From NCBI RefSeq assembly GCF_000315625.1, contig NW_005434655.1, positions 742,807 to 806,806 on the forward strand: DNA of 64,000 nucleotides, given 5' to 3'. Of this stretch, positions 1-10,870 are shown piece after piece; within the stretch, counting starts at the first letter, position 1, and each line of letters opens with the position of its first letter. The notes beneath the pieces were generated by a model. The model was not told the DNA's origin and did no database searches. It saw only the letters and a list, made by a program, of their open reading frames with translations. Both the position numbers and the translations under genes were made by a program. Origin of the DNA: Guillardia theta CCMP2712. Lineage: Eukaryota > Protista > Cryptophyta.

Positions 1-76
1 TGCCCTGCCCTGCTCTGCCCTGCCCTGCCCTGCCCTGCCCTGCCCTGCCCTGCCCTGCCCTGCCCTGCCCTGCCCT
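1..76. repeat. (TGCCC)n simple repeat, probably intronic
   Basis: About 15 tandem TGCCC units followed by a pyrimidine-rich tract. Confidence 0.9.
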
Positions 77-121
77 CTCCCCTCCTTCCATCCGATCAAA
101 GTTGCCTTCTCTCCCCTTCTT

Positions 122-3100
122 TCACCTCCCTGTCCTCCTCGTCTCATCTTGCATCCTCCACTCCTTACCTTGCGCGTCCTTCAGCTGTCCCACCACCAGG
201 ACGGGCCCGCCAACATCCAGCTTCTGCGCTATCGCCGGGCTCTGCGCATTTTCTCTGGCGATCATGGTGAAGATGCCGGAGAAACCTCCGGCAAGGTTGC
301 GGATGTTGTCAAGCACGAAGGAGAACTGAGTCCCCGAGGGGATCAGGAGCTCAGCTGGGAAGCTGGTGGGGGTCCGGACGCAACTTTGCCCAGCAGGGGA
401 GCAGGAAGCGGAGGAGGAGGCGATGCCGCCGACGAGGCCGGTCGATCCCTGGACAAGGATGGACATTGTTCCATTGCCGACGTTCTTGGACAGGATGGCC
501 ATGCTTCTGCTCCCTCCTCCGACCGTCGGGGAGAGGATCTGCGTCAGATCCCCATCGTCCATGAGGAACGAGCCGGGGATCTGAAGCTCGAGGAGGAACG
601 AGGAGGGCATGACCGCAGGGGACTGGAAGGAGAAGGTCAGCTGGGAGCGGACCCCAGCTGAAGGGTCCTGCGGGGTGATGGAGATGGAGGCGAAGGAGTT
701 AACGGTGACGTTCTTGCCCGGTATCGTCAGATTCTGCTCCACCACCGATGCCCCGTCCTCCCTGTAGGCGATAATGGAGAAGTTGTCCAGCAGACCCCCA
801 GCTATGTGCCTGACGTTGAGGATGTCAAACTCCAGCACGTTCGGCTCAGCCCAGCTGTCACTCCAGACGTTCTGGAGGATCTGGAAGACAACCCGTCTGC
901 TCGCCGTGTCGGAGCTGAGAAGCCCCATGCTCGCCGGGCGGATTGCTCTGACCTGAGAGACGGAGGAGGGCGAGGAGGGGGTGGCGGAGCAATCGAGGTC
1001 GTTGACCTGAACACCAGGAGGGAAGCGGAGCTCGATCACGGCCTTGGGAGGAAGCGTCCCGCTGATGTTGATGCGGGCTCTGTAGAAGCCGCAGACTCCG
1101 GCAGCTGGAGGTTCGAGGAGCGAAGAGTCGCTCCCGCGGAAGAACTGGAGGAGGAGGGAGGGGTTGAAACTGCCCGGGAGGATGGAGGTGCTGTCAACGT
1201 CAATGGCCTGGCTAATGATGGAGATCTGGTCGGAGAGCAGGAGGGCGATGTCGATGCCGTTCTTGGGGCCAGCCCAAAGGTTTCTGACGTTGGCCAAGGT
1301 GAAGGAGATCCGGAGACCCTCGGGGAGGTTGGTGGCGCCCGACCCGAAGAGCCTGAGGTAGAGGTCCTGTCCTTGCACCATGTACAGGGTAATGTTGCAG
1401 GTGAAGCAGGTGGGACCGTCGCAGCAGGTGGAGGAGAAAATGTAGGAGGAAGTCGGGAGGTTGATACCGAAACCGTCAGGCATGCCGACATGGATGATGG
1501 CGTTGTCCGGGACGTAGCCGACTGTTGAGAAGTTGACCGAGATAAGAAGCTGCTGGCCTGAGAGAAGGTTGGAGTAGGTAATGCCCCTTGTGGGGAAGAC
1601 CGACGTCGTGATTGAGACGCCTGAGTCGTACGTCATGATGCGACAGAGTCAGGGAGGCATGAGAGAAAGACGGGCAGGAAAGAGCAGGATGGGAGAGGAG
1701 GGGAGAGAACGGAGGGAGGGAGGAGGAAATCGAACGAGAGAGAAGGGAAGAAGGGGAAGGAAGGGATGGGGGGAAAGGGAGGGAGAGTAGCAGGATAGCC
1801 TGCAGTCGTTACCTGGCACTGATGAGTCGTCGATGATGCGGGTTGGATCAAAGAACGTCGTGCGGATGGTGAAGGAGTTTGTAGACCCCGCCCCCGGGTT
1901 GACGATTCCGCTCACTCCAAAGGTGAAGGTCCCTGGAAGGAGGAGGAAAGAGCGTGAGGAACTAAACGGGGAGAGAGTGGAAAGGGATAAAATGGAGTTG
2001 GAGCACGAGGAGGTGGAGCACAAAGAGGAGGAGGAGGTAGTCACCTAAGTTTCCCAGGATGTCAGACGTCAGGTTGAGGTTGTCGAGGCAGATGTGTATC
2101 CTGTCTGAGAAAGTTCCGTGCGAGGGAGGTAGCTGACCCCGAAGCCAGTGGCAGAGATGAGGACGGGATGGGCGAGGTAGAACCCGAACGGAAAAATGAT
2201 CACAAACTTGCCGTCCCTGGGGATCGTCCCGACAGTCCGGATCTCGAACTCGTACGTTGCCAGTTGCCGTGCGCGGTCCGAGCCGGAGGAAACCTGGAGG
2301 ACAAGGCAGTGAGCAACCGGTCATGAAGCCCCGGCACCTTCACCTTGCATGTCAGCGAGCCTCCCTTGACAAACACGCCGGAAATGTTGCCAGAATCGAT
2401 GAGGGTGCCGTCACCAGTCATCGTCCGCACCATGAAGGTCGAGGTGGTCCCAGCAAACGGGTTTCTGATACTTGTGAGGAGGAAGGAGGCGCCTTGTAGG
2501 GCAGAAAGACCCGTGTTGATATAGCCCAGGTTGGGAGCTACCTTCAGCGTGACGACGTTGGAGGTCTCGTCTACTAGTGACACGAAGACGGCCTGACCTT
2601 CCGAGAACTTGTTCTGGTTCAGAGCCTTCGTGACTCCCTTCTGCACCCTGAACCCCTCGGGAAAGTGGAACTCTAACTTCCCGTCGGGAGGCAGGAAACC
2701 GCTGGTAGACAGCGTAACCACAACGTCCGTCACCACCATCGCGTCGTTGTTGGAGAGGCCGATAGAGACGTTGGCGTTTGTCATCGTGTAAGGAGCAAAC
2801 TGAACCAAAGGCACTGCCACAGAGAAAAACTCAGTGCCGTTGGACCACAGGCTGACCGTCGCCGAGTCTCCCAGGTTCTTCCATGGGTTCCTGACGTTTG
2901 TCACCAGCATCTCGAACCCTGCCTTGGAGTCAAGGACCGTCGCTGTCCTGTTCGCTCCCAGCACCACCTGGAACCCTCCCGTGATCGCTGTCAAAGTCGG
3001 AGATCCTGTCCCGTGCAGCGGGACGTCGCCTATGTCCCCTCCACTCGTCGTCAGCCCGACCACCGAGCTTGTCCCACCAGCTCCGAGCTGGTACGCGCTC

Positions 3101-3372
3101 GACGAGGGCACAACCACTCTGAGCTGTGCTGACTGCGGGACAGCGAAGTTTACAGCAAACCCTAGGTAGACGGTGGATGAAGCTCCAGCGTAAGAACTCT
3201 GGGAGTAGAAGCGAACTCCGCAGAGTCCGCTTGCGGAGATGGATGCTGCAGTCACTTTGGAGCCATCTGTATTGTTGCAGCTCGAGGCCAGACTGACGAA
3301 GTTGCTCTGAGCCTCGATGATACTACTAAGACTGCAGAGGAGCAGCCCGATACCATAAACCCTGTGCTTCAT
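122..3372 (-). CDS. Multi-exon secreted or surface protein with repeated beta-rich (Ig-like) modules; probably runs off the left edge of the window
   Basis: ORF 2200-3372 begins with a signal-peptide-like sequence (MKHRVYGIGLLLCSLSSIIEA). Modules with 'F/L-x-x-(V/I)RN(P/L)' and 'F-P-x-G-F' recur across ORFs 2200-3372, 1649-2044 and 122-1636. There is a GT-AG intron at about 2343-2294 and several low-complexity introns. Exon limits are approximate. Confidence 0.7.
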
Positions 3373-4013
3373 AGCGGAGGCTCGTTTGAGGGACTTTAGA
3401 TGGTAGTCAGCTCATTTGTTGTCCCATTGTGTCACATATCATCGAGAGAATGTTGTGCTCTATGATTTCGACATGAACATGTACTGACGACGAAAAACAG
3501 CTCAATCTAGATAGCACATGCAAGTCAGTATCCCCTCGTCATTTCCCGCCACCAGTAGTTCACACTGTTCCTCTGTTACTTCAAGTTCCCACTCTAGTTT
3601 CTTTCTTCTCCTCTCCTTCCTCTCAGCTTTCTTCTCATCCTATCCCATCTGATCCCCTCTCCTGCTTCCTCCTGCTCTCTCCTCTCCTCCCCTCCTCTCC
3701 CCTTCCATTCAAGGCTTGCTAAGTTCGCTTTGACATGCATTTCAACGACTGGCACTACCCCACCGTCAACAAGATGACCCCTACCCCCAACTTGGTTCTT
3801 GGTATCATTTCAAACCCGTTCTTATGCCACAATTTTAGCCTCAACATAACCCCCCCATGAACCACCCCTGTGTTTACTGCACCACCCTCTCCAAAATTGG
3901 TTTTTGGATAAGAGTGATGGGGTGGGTGGATAGAAGGAAGGGACGGGGGTGGTTTTGGGGGTGGATCGTTCGGTACTTTGCGATGCCATAAAAGTGAAGA
4001 GCCGGAAACTTGA

Positions 4014-4150
4014 GAGGAGGAGGAGGAGGAGGAGGAGGAGGAGGAGAGGAGGAGGAGGAGGAGGAGGAGGAACCGATGAGGAGGAGGAGGAGGAGGAGGA
4101 GGAGGAGGAGGAGGAGGTGATTGAAGAGAGGAGGAGGAAGGAAGAGGAGG
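4014..4150. repeat. (GGA)n microsatellite
   Basis: Long GAG/GGA runs. Confidence 0.9.
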
Positions 4151-4294
4151 AAGCAGACGAGAAGGAGTGACTGAGGAAGATGCTATGGAGCATCCAGAAG
4201 CGAACAGGCCAGAGGATTAGAATGGGGGTGGGGGGTTCGCAGTGACCAACTCGATCATATGGAAGCAATCCCAGGGGTGTAGAGTAGATGATCT

Positions 4295-6053
4295 ATGGAC
4301 AAACAAGCTGATCAGTTTGTCGATCGTGCTCCCCGTGCTCTGACGTTTCCTCAGATGTCAGAGGGCCAGGTGGCGGGAATCGGGGCCATCTTAGGATACG
4401 ACTCCAACAGGAGGGTTGTGGTTACCAAGATGTTGCCAAGAGGTCTTGCAGCTGCAGTGTGATGGAAAGCGCTGAGTGTGAGCTTCCAGGGACCGCGGCA
4501 ACCTCTGGCATGGTGCAAGTAGGAGACGAGATCGTCAAGATCGACTCGCAGGAGGTAGAGCTCTTGAGGTCGGGAAGAGGATGGGATGTGAGGATGTCGG
4601 TGGCAGGTGAAGGAGGTTGCACAAGCTTCCAGTCTCCTTAAAGGAGAATCAGGATCGATGGTGCGGCTGAAACTGAGGTATCTTGCATCCTGTACCTCAT
4701 GAATACCTCATCACCCCCTCCCCGAGCGAAGGGAGCTGACGGTAGTGCATGGCTACCCCGCAGGCGCTTCGTTGCAGCCAAGAAGACTTCGATCAACTTG
4801 GACTGCACTCTCGTCCGAGAAGTCGGGAACGAGCATGTGCTCCAGCAGGAGCACCATGGGTTCCAGGGTGTGAACCACAACAGAAACGAGATGTCGGGGA
4901 AGGACATCTACGATAGGATGGTTCAGGGGCAGATGAAGATCAACGAGAACATGGTCCATCACAAGGAGGAGAAGGCTTCTCAGGTCCTGCGGTCGAGCAT
5001 CGGCCTCGTCTCACGGCGGCGCAGGAGGAGATCGATGCTTACTTCGCTGCGAGGAAGGCAGAGGATGAGAAGAACATAGCAGAGGCAGGGCACCGCTAGC
5101 GAATGCCTTCCCCGCTTGTCGTGTGATGCCACGATGCAGGCCGACGCGCTGTACGCGAAACTCACTGCCAAGGACGAGGAGAAGAAGCAGGGAGGAGGTG
5201 GCAAACAAGTTTGTGGTCCCCGTACCTCGTTGTGATGCTCGAGCAGGTCACTCGCATTTCTGGGGGCACAAGCAAGAGGTTGGGGCGTGCGAAGGGTCGA
5301 GGGGCGTCAGGCCTGACCTCTCGTGAGGCAGCCAGCGAAGAAGAGCGAGGAGCCGAAGCAGAGCGGGTTCAGCATGTTTGGGAACAAGAAGAAGGTGGAG
5401 CGAGAGGTTGTTGGCAGACTAGCTCAGCTTGAGACTATCAGGAGGAGAAGGCAAAATCAGATGACTTTCTATCCAATCCCGTCGACTATGTCTTCGGTGT
5501 GAGCCCTTGACTTGAGTCTCCACGCTGAGTCACGTGGCGCGTGCAGGCAAGCCGAAGCCTCCGAGCATGTATCAGCGTACCAAGGAGAACATGGTCAAAG
5601 GGCGATCCGCTCGAACTTACGCTGACTTGGTTGCAAGATCGATCATGCCATAGATTACAAGAAGGAGAGGATCGTACAGAAAGGTTCGTGTGCTGACCAC
5701 CCTGAGCTTGCTGAAGACTCCTCTTAGACAACTCCCGGCGAGCTGGGCATCACATGTGGCCCTGGGAGGTAACTTGTGTGCGCTGCATGCGCTGAGAGGA
5801 GGAAGAAGAGGAAGGTAAGCTGGGGCAGGTCAAGAACCACGACAAAGATTGGCTGGAGCAAGACGTTCCTGGTGGCTGCTCTTCGATGCTGCTTGCCTCA
5901 CTTGAACCGTCTGACCGCAAATGCTCCAGGCCCCTTCGACTCGTGCTTTCAATCTCGCAAGAAATGAGCAGAGAAGGATTTCCCATCCTCCTCCCCCTCA
6001 CGCTCCTCTGCACAGGGAGGAAACAGAGTGGAGAAGCAGTATCATCGCAGTAA
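4295..6053 (+). CDS. Multi-exon gene with an N-terminal PDZ-like domain
   Basis: Pieces in different frames (VAGIGAILGYD..VVVTKML, AATSGMVQVGDEIVKIDSQE, LLKGESGSMVRL) reconstruct a PDZ pattern and are separated by ~50-nt GT..AG introns. Start and stop are inferred. Confidence 0.55.
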
Positions 6054-6057
6054 CCTC

Positions 6058-9000
6058 CTACCCTGTCGCAATAGCGGCTGCCGCACGTGCTGCCTTGCTG
6101 CGCTCCTTCTCTATCCCCAGCAGGATCTGCAAGGATTGAATGAAAAGTGCCTGCAAGCAAACTCTGTTCTCCATCCTGTCCTGCCGTGATCTCGCATCGA
6201 TCAAGTTGTCACGGCGGGAGGACTGCAGGTCCAGGTGGTGCCGCCCAACCTCTTCCTGCAGGCCCAAGTTCCTTCCTCCTCCTCCCTCCCCTCCTCCCGT
6301 CCGGCTGCGAGCGGCGAGGAACCAGTAGTGCGTCTCAAGGCGGCTCTGGAGGACAGAGAGGTGGACCTTGTTGGAGTCCACGATGAGCTGACTGTTGCTG
6401 AGGATGCGCTTGAACTCCTGCTCCCCCCCAATCTCCACCGGCATCCTCTGCATGACCTCGAAGAATTTCTCCCAGCTGATCAGTTTCAAGTCCCGCGACA
6501 GCGGCGGGTCGTGGGAGCTCCTGACCTCGTCCATGAGCTCGTCAACCGTTACCCCCCACCTTAGCAGCATCTCCGATATGCCATGCAGCGCGTCGGCTAC
6601 GAGCTCGTCAGGGTGGGTGCGGATGGGGACTTCCTCGCTTGCAAGCAGCTGGTTGTCAGCTTGTATGTACGCTATGATGAGACATTTCCGAGGAGCAGGA
6701 GGAGGAGGAGGAGCGTCCTCCTCCTGGCGAGTCCCCCTCTTGCTCTTGATCTTGAAGAGCGCATCGTCGACGAGGCAGGTCTCTATCCCCCCTTCCCTCA
6801 CGAGCGATACGATGGTGTCCGTGACGTCCACGGCATCGGAGACCCCTCCCGTGCTGCCATAGCTCGCTTGAAGGACCCGGTCTATCATCCTCCTGTCCAT
6901 CTCCAGATACGCTCCCTCCATGACTTGCACGTGCTGCACCCGGAGGTAGGACAGCTCCTCCATCAGCCTCACCTGCTCGCTCCCGGGAATGCTGTGCCAG
7001 ACCTCCAGGAGGAGGCGGTAGCAGCACTTGTAAGCCCTGCAGTCAGTTTGGAGCCGCTTCGTCTCATCCTGCAGCTCCAAGATCACGTTGGGTTTGGCTG
7101 CCTCCAGCGTGTCGGCCACCTTGACCCTGCAGGCAACCCTTCATCCCTCCGCGTACGTTAGGAAGCGCTCTCCTCACCTCCGATTCCCTCCTAGGAAGAC
7201 GAAGCGATCGATGGCGCTCATGCTCAGGAGCCGCACGACACCGCTCACCTTCTTGTGCTCAATGCTCATCCTCTCCACAGCATCGCTCGCCGCGCGGAGC
7301 TCGGACTTGAGCTTGTCTCGCTCCAGCTCCAACCTGTTCCTCTCGTCCTACAGGCCGTCACGCAGGAGGCACAACCCGTCTGCCAGCCTACCTTGAATTG
7401 CTCGAGCTTGCTCGCAATGTTGCAGAGCTCCTTCCTCACCCGCTGCGCACAAGTAAGCCTTGAAGTCGCTCCTGCTCTTACCTCGGCGAACAGCTCCTCC
7501 TGCTTCTTCAGAGCAAACTTGAGTTGGTTCACCTCCGATTCGAACGGGAGGATGATACTCGTCGTCACTATGTCGAAGAAGGCCCACCGGTTGGGGAACC
7601 TCCCCGCCTTAGCCAGCTTGTAGATGTTCTGCAGCTTTTGGACCAGCCAGGAGCGCCCCTGGTCCTTCAGAAGGGCCAAAGTCCTCTCATCCAGTAAGTG
7701 CTTCATAGAGCTCATGTCGACCGACGACACGCGGTTCCGAGCAAAGGTGTCCTTAGAGTCCCCAACACTCACCAGGCTCCACAGAGCACCGACACTGTCA
7801 TCGTGGTCGATCGACCCAGAGAGGTGGGACTCTCCCAGCTGCTCCTCAGCAAGTTCTGTATCCTCCAGGTCCTCCTCGATCTCCTCCCTGATGTCCTCCT
7901 GCAAGCTCGGTCTGTCTGACCTCCCTCCTTGCTTCACTGGAGGGCGAGGAGAACCCTTGACCGAGCTGCTGACCAGCCGGCAGAACACGTCCATGATCAC
8001 GTCACTGTCCGCGCTCAGTCCGATGGACCTGAACAGTGCAGCCGCTCTCGCCTCCTCCATCCCCGCTGTGCCCTCAAGCTTGCAGAACTCAGCGATCATG
8101 GCCCGCAGGCTAATCAGCTTCATCCCTTGCTCGACGAATGAGAACTTCTCGGCCCACGACAGGAAGGAAGCGACGCTCTGGAATCCCTTCAGAACAGCCT
8201 CCATCAGCTCTGCCTGCACGTCCTCCTGCCCCGCGCTCCCTTGCTTCCCGCCTCCCGGTGGCTCCTTGGTGCCCTTGGCCTTTGCAAGAATCCTTTCCAA
8301 CTTTGTCGGCTGTGGGTCCGCAAAGTACACCGGGTTCACACTGGAGATTGAACCTTTCCATATCGCCTCCAGCGACTGATATGTCAGTTCCATGTTCTCG
8401 TCCTCCAGGTGCTCTACGTCACGGAGCAACTCCCTGATCCTCGACTCCTTCTCCTCGATGTCTTTCTCCATGATGACTTGAGCTTTCTGCCTGTCCCTCA
8501 GCGCCGACAGCTCGTTCTCCAATGACTTGTTCTCCTCCATTCGCTTCAAGAGGTCTGCGTTCAGGACGGACAGCTTGAACTCAAGGTCGTCGATGGAGTC
8601 CTGTAGGTTGATGCAGAATTCCTGGACCACCTTGTTCTTCTCTATCTCCAGCGTCAGCTCATAGTTCTTGTCTAGCAGATCCTGCTTTAGCGCTCTTTCC
8701 CTCTGAAACATCGCTTCCAAAGTCCCCTCCAGCTCCTCATCCACCATCAGATGCTCTTCTGTCTGCACCGACGCAGCCTTCTTCCCCACGGCAGGCACAC
8801 CAGCATCCCCCTGCGCCCTTGAGAGCGCCTGCTTCCCGAACCTCTTGGACGCGAGCCAGTCCTTCCTCGCCCTACCCTTCATCTCCTCCGCATCCCTGAG
8901 CGCATCGCCCCCCTCCATCAACGTCGGCGACTGTTGGACCCGCATGCTCGTGAGGTTCCGCAAGGACAGCATCATCGATCTCCCGGTCTCGGAGAGAGCA

Positions 9001-9341
9001 TTACTCTGACTGGGCGTCTCAGACAGCTTCCCCTGCAGGACCTTGACCTCCCTCAGCAAGAAGTCATTGGTCTTGGTCAGCTCCTTGATAGCTTCCTCGT
9101 AAGCTCGCCTCTCTATGCTCTTGAGCTGAAACGCTCTCCCTCCTCCCTCCTTCAGGTCTTCACGATCATTGCGCTTACCCTTGAAGGCGATCGGGCTGGG
9201 CAAGACGCCGACCGACCGAAGGCGTTGGACCTCCCGTTGGAGCCTCTTTACCTCCTCCGCCCACCTCATGGCCATACGGGCATCGCGCTCCAGAGCATCG
9301 AGTTCTGACTTGGAGATTCTTCGCCACTCTTCTTGCGGCAT
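6058..9341 (-). CDS. Multi-exon coiled-coil protein of unknown function
   Basis: Long E/K/L-rich ORFs 7266-9341 and 6058-7119 on the same strand, joined through short introns around 7100-7400. Confidence 0.65.
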
Positions 9342-10319
9342 GGCGACAGATCTAGCCGGAGGGGAGGCTCCGATTGGGCCGCAGCGACGATTGCCAGCCG
9401 ATCACGAATTCCGTGATTCGAAACTCAGGTGAAGGTTGGAAGTTGAAACCAAAAATGTCTCAGCTTTTCTCAGGGCCTTGCCTTGCTCCTCCTGGTCTGC
9501 ACGTGTGACATACCATGATTGCTTCCCTTCCATCTTCACCAGCATGATTTCTCCTCTCCTCTCGTCTCCTCTCCTCTCCTCTCCTCTCCTCCCTTCCTCC
9601 ATGGGCAGTAAATTTCACTAGAACAGAATTTCAAAAAAATGAAAAGATTCGGCTAAGAAAATCACCCTACCCTTGCCCCTCATACAACAGTGCAAAGTAC
9701 CCCTACCTGAATAGCTCGACAAATAAGTTTAAAACATTATATGAGGGTACCAGTCTAAATACATGTGGGACCCGTGATTTCGAGGGGTCCTACATGAAAT
9801 TTAAAACTTTTATATATATTGTATACTATTATATGACGGTAATGGTACAAATTGCTGGCTGTTACAGTACCCGGCATATTCCCCTCACATGAACGGGTAT
9901 GCGAAATCAAGTCACGTTTCCGGTCAACTTTCGGAAGTTCAGTCTCAGTGGAACCCGGGTGACCAGCGGCGCCCCGGCCCGGCACCCGGCCCGGCGACCT
10001 GGCTATCCGATCGGGCCCGGACTCCGGACTCTCTGACTCGGGCCGGCCGTGCGGGCCCGATTCCCGAGCAGTTGGACGCCGTTTCCACAGGCCCTCGGAG
10101 GCGGTTTGCTGATGGATGACTCGGCATGCCTGCCGAGCGGCGTGCATTCTGGGGTCTTTTGTGGAAGTCAATCATTAACAAATCGACGATATTTGCATTC
10201 TGCGTTTCAGGAGACGGGTGGATACTGACCCCTACCTTTTATAGGGGTACTCATCGGTATTTTTAGGGGTGAGGGTACATCGCAATTTCAGGTTGCTGTC
10301 GAAACATACTTTTAAGATT

Positions 10320-10750
10320 AGTGTATTTTAATACAAATCCTCCGTAGCAGTGTTTGTACCTGTGATTGACACCGGTGTCAATGCCTTCGATCTTATGGCG
10401 TCATGAAGGTAGGGTTATCTGCTGTATATCTACCCCCTTTATCGACTGTCGACCCATACCACCCGTATAGGGCTAGGTTCAAATTTTTGTACCAAAGAGA
10501 GCTTGTACACCGGTGCTTTGCTATGCAGAAGTATGATCTCACTGGGAGGTGGGGGTACTTTTAGTACCCTACCCCACATTTTACCTCAAAAAGTATACCA
10601 CCCCTATAGGCCCATATTCAAATTTTTGTACCAAGAAGAGCTTATGTACCGGTCCACATCTATACGGATTTATGTTTCAGTATGTGGTAGGGGTAGTCTG
10701 TAGATGCTCTCCACCCCCTCTTTGATGGCCAAAAGTATATCACCGGTGGT
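10320..10750. repeat. Degenerate ~139-bp tandem repeat upstream of the transposase-like gene
   Basis: ATACCACCC(G/C)TATAGG...TTCAAATTTTTGTACCAA...ACCGGT at 10456 and 10595, with partial copies on either side. Confidence 0.7.
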
Positions 10751-10763
10751 CAGGGGCTCCCGC

Positions 10764-10771
10764 TATATAAA
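10764..10771 (+). promoter_or_regulatory. Possible TATA box
   Basis: TATATAAA about 100 bp upstream of the ATG at 10871. Confidence 0.35.
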
Positions 10772-10870
10772 TCTTTCCTCTTGCCGCCGCGGTCACACTG
10801 CCAGGCCTTGTTACGAACTTTGGTTCAAATCTTGATCCTACATTTGAATCTTTAAGATCCGATTACAGAG

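Noticed and set aside
149-9308. Numerous antisense or alternative-frame ORFs over the host genes (e.g. 806-1528, 7624-8379)
   Set aside because: Shadow ORFs of GC-rich coding sequence with no independent motifs
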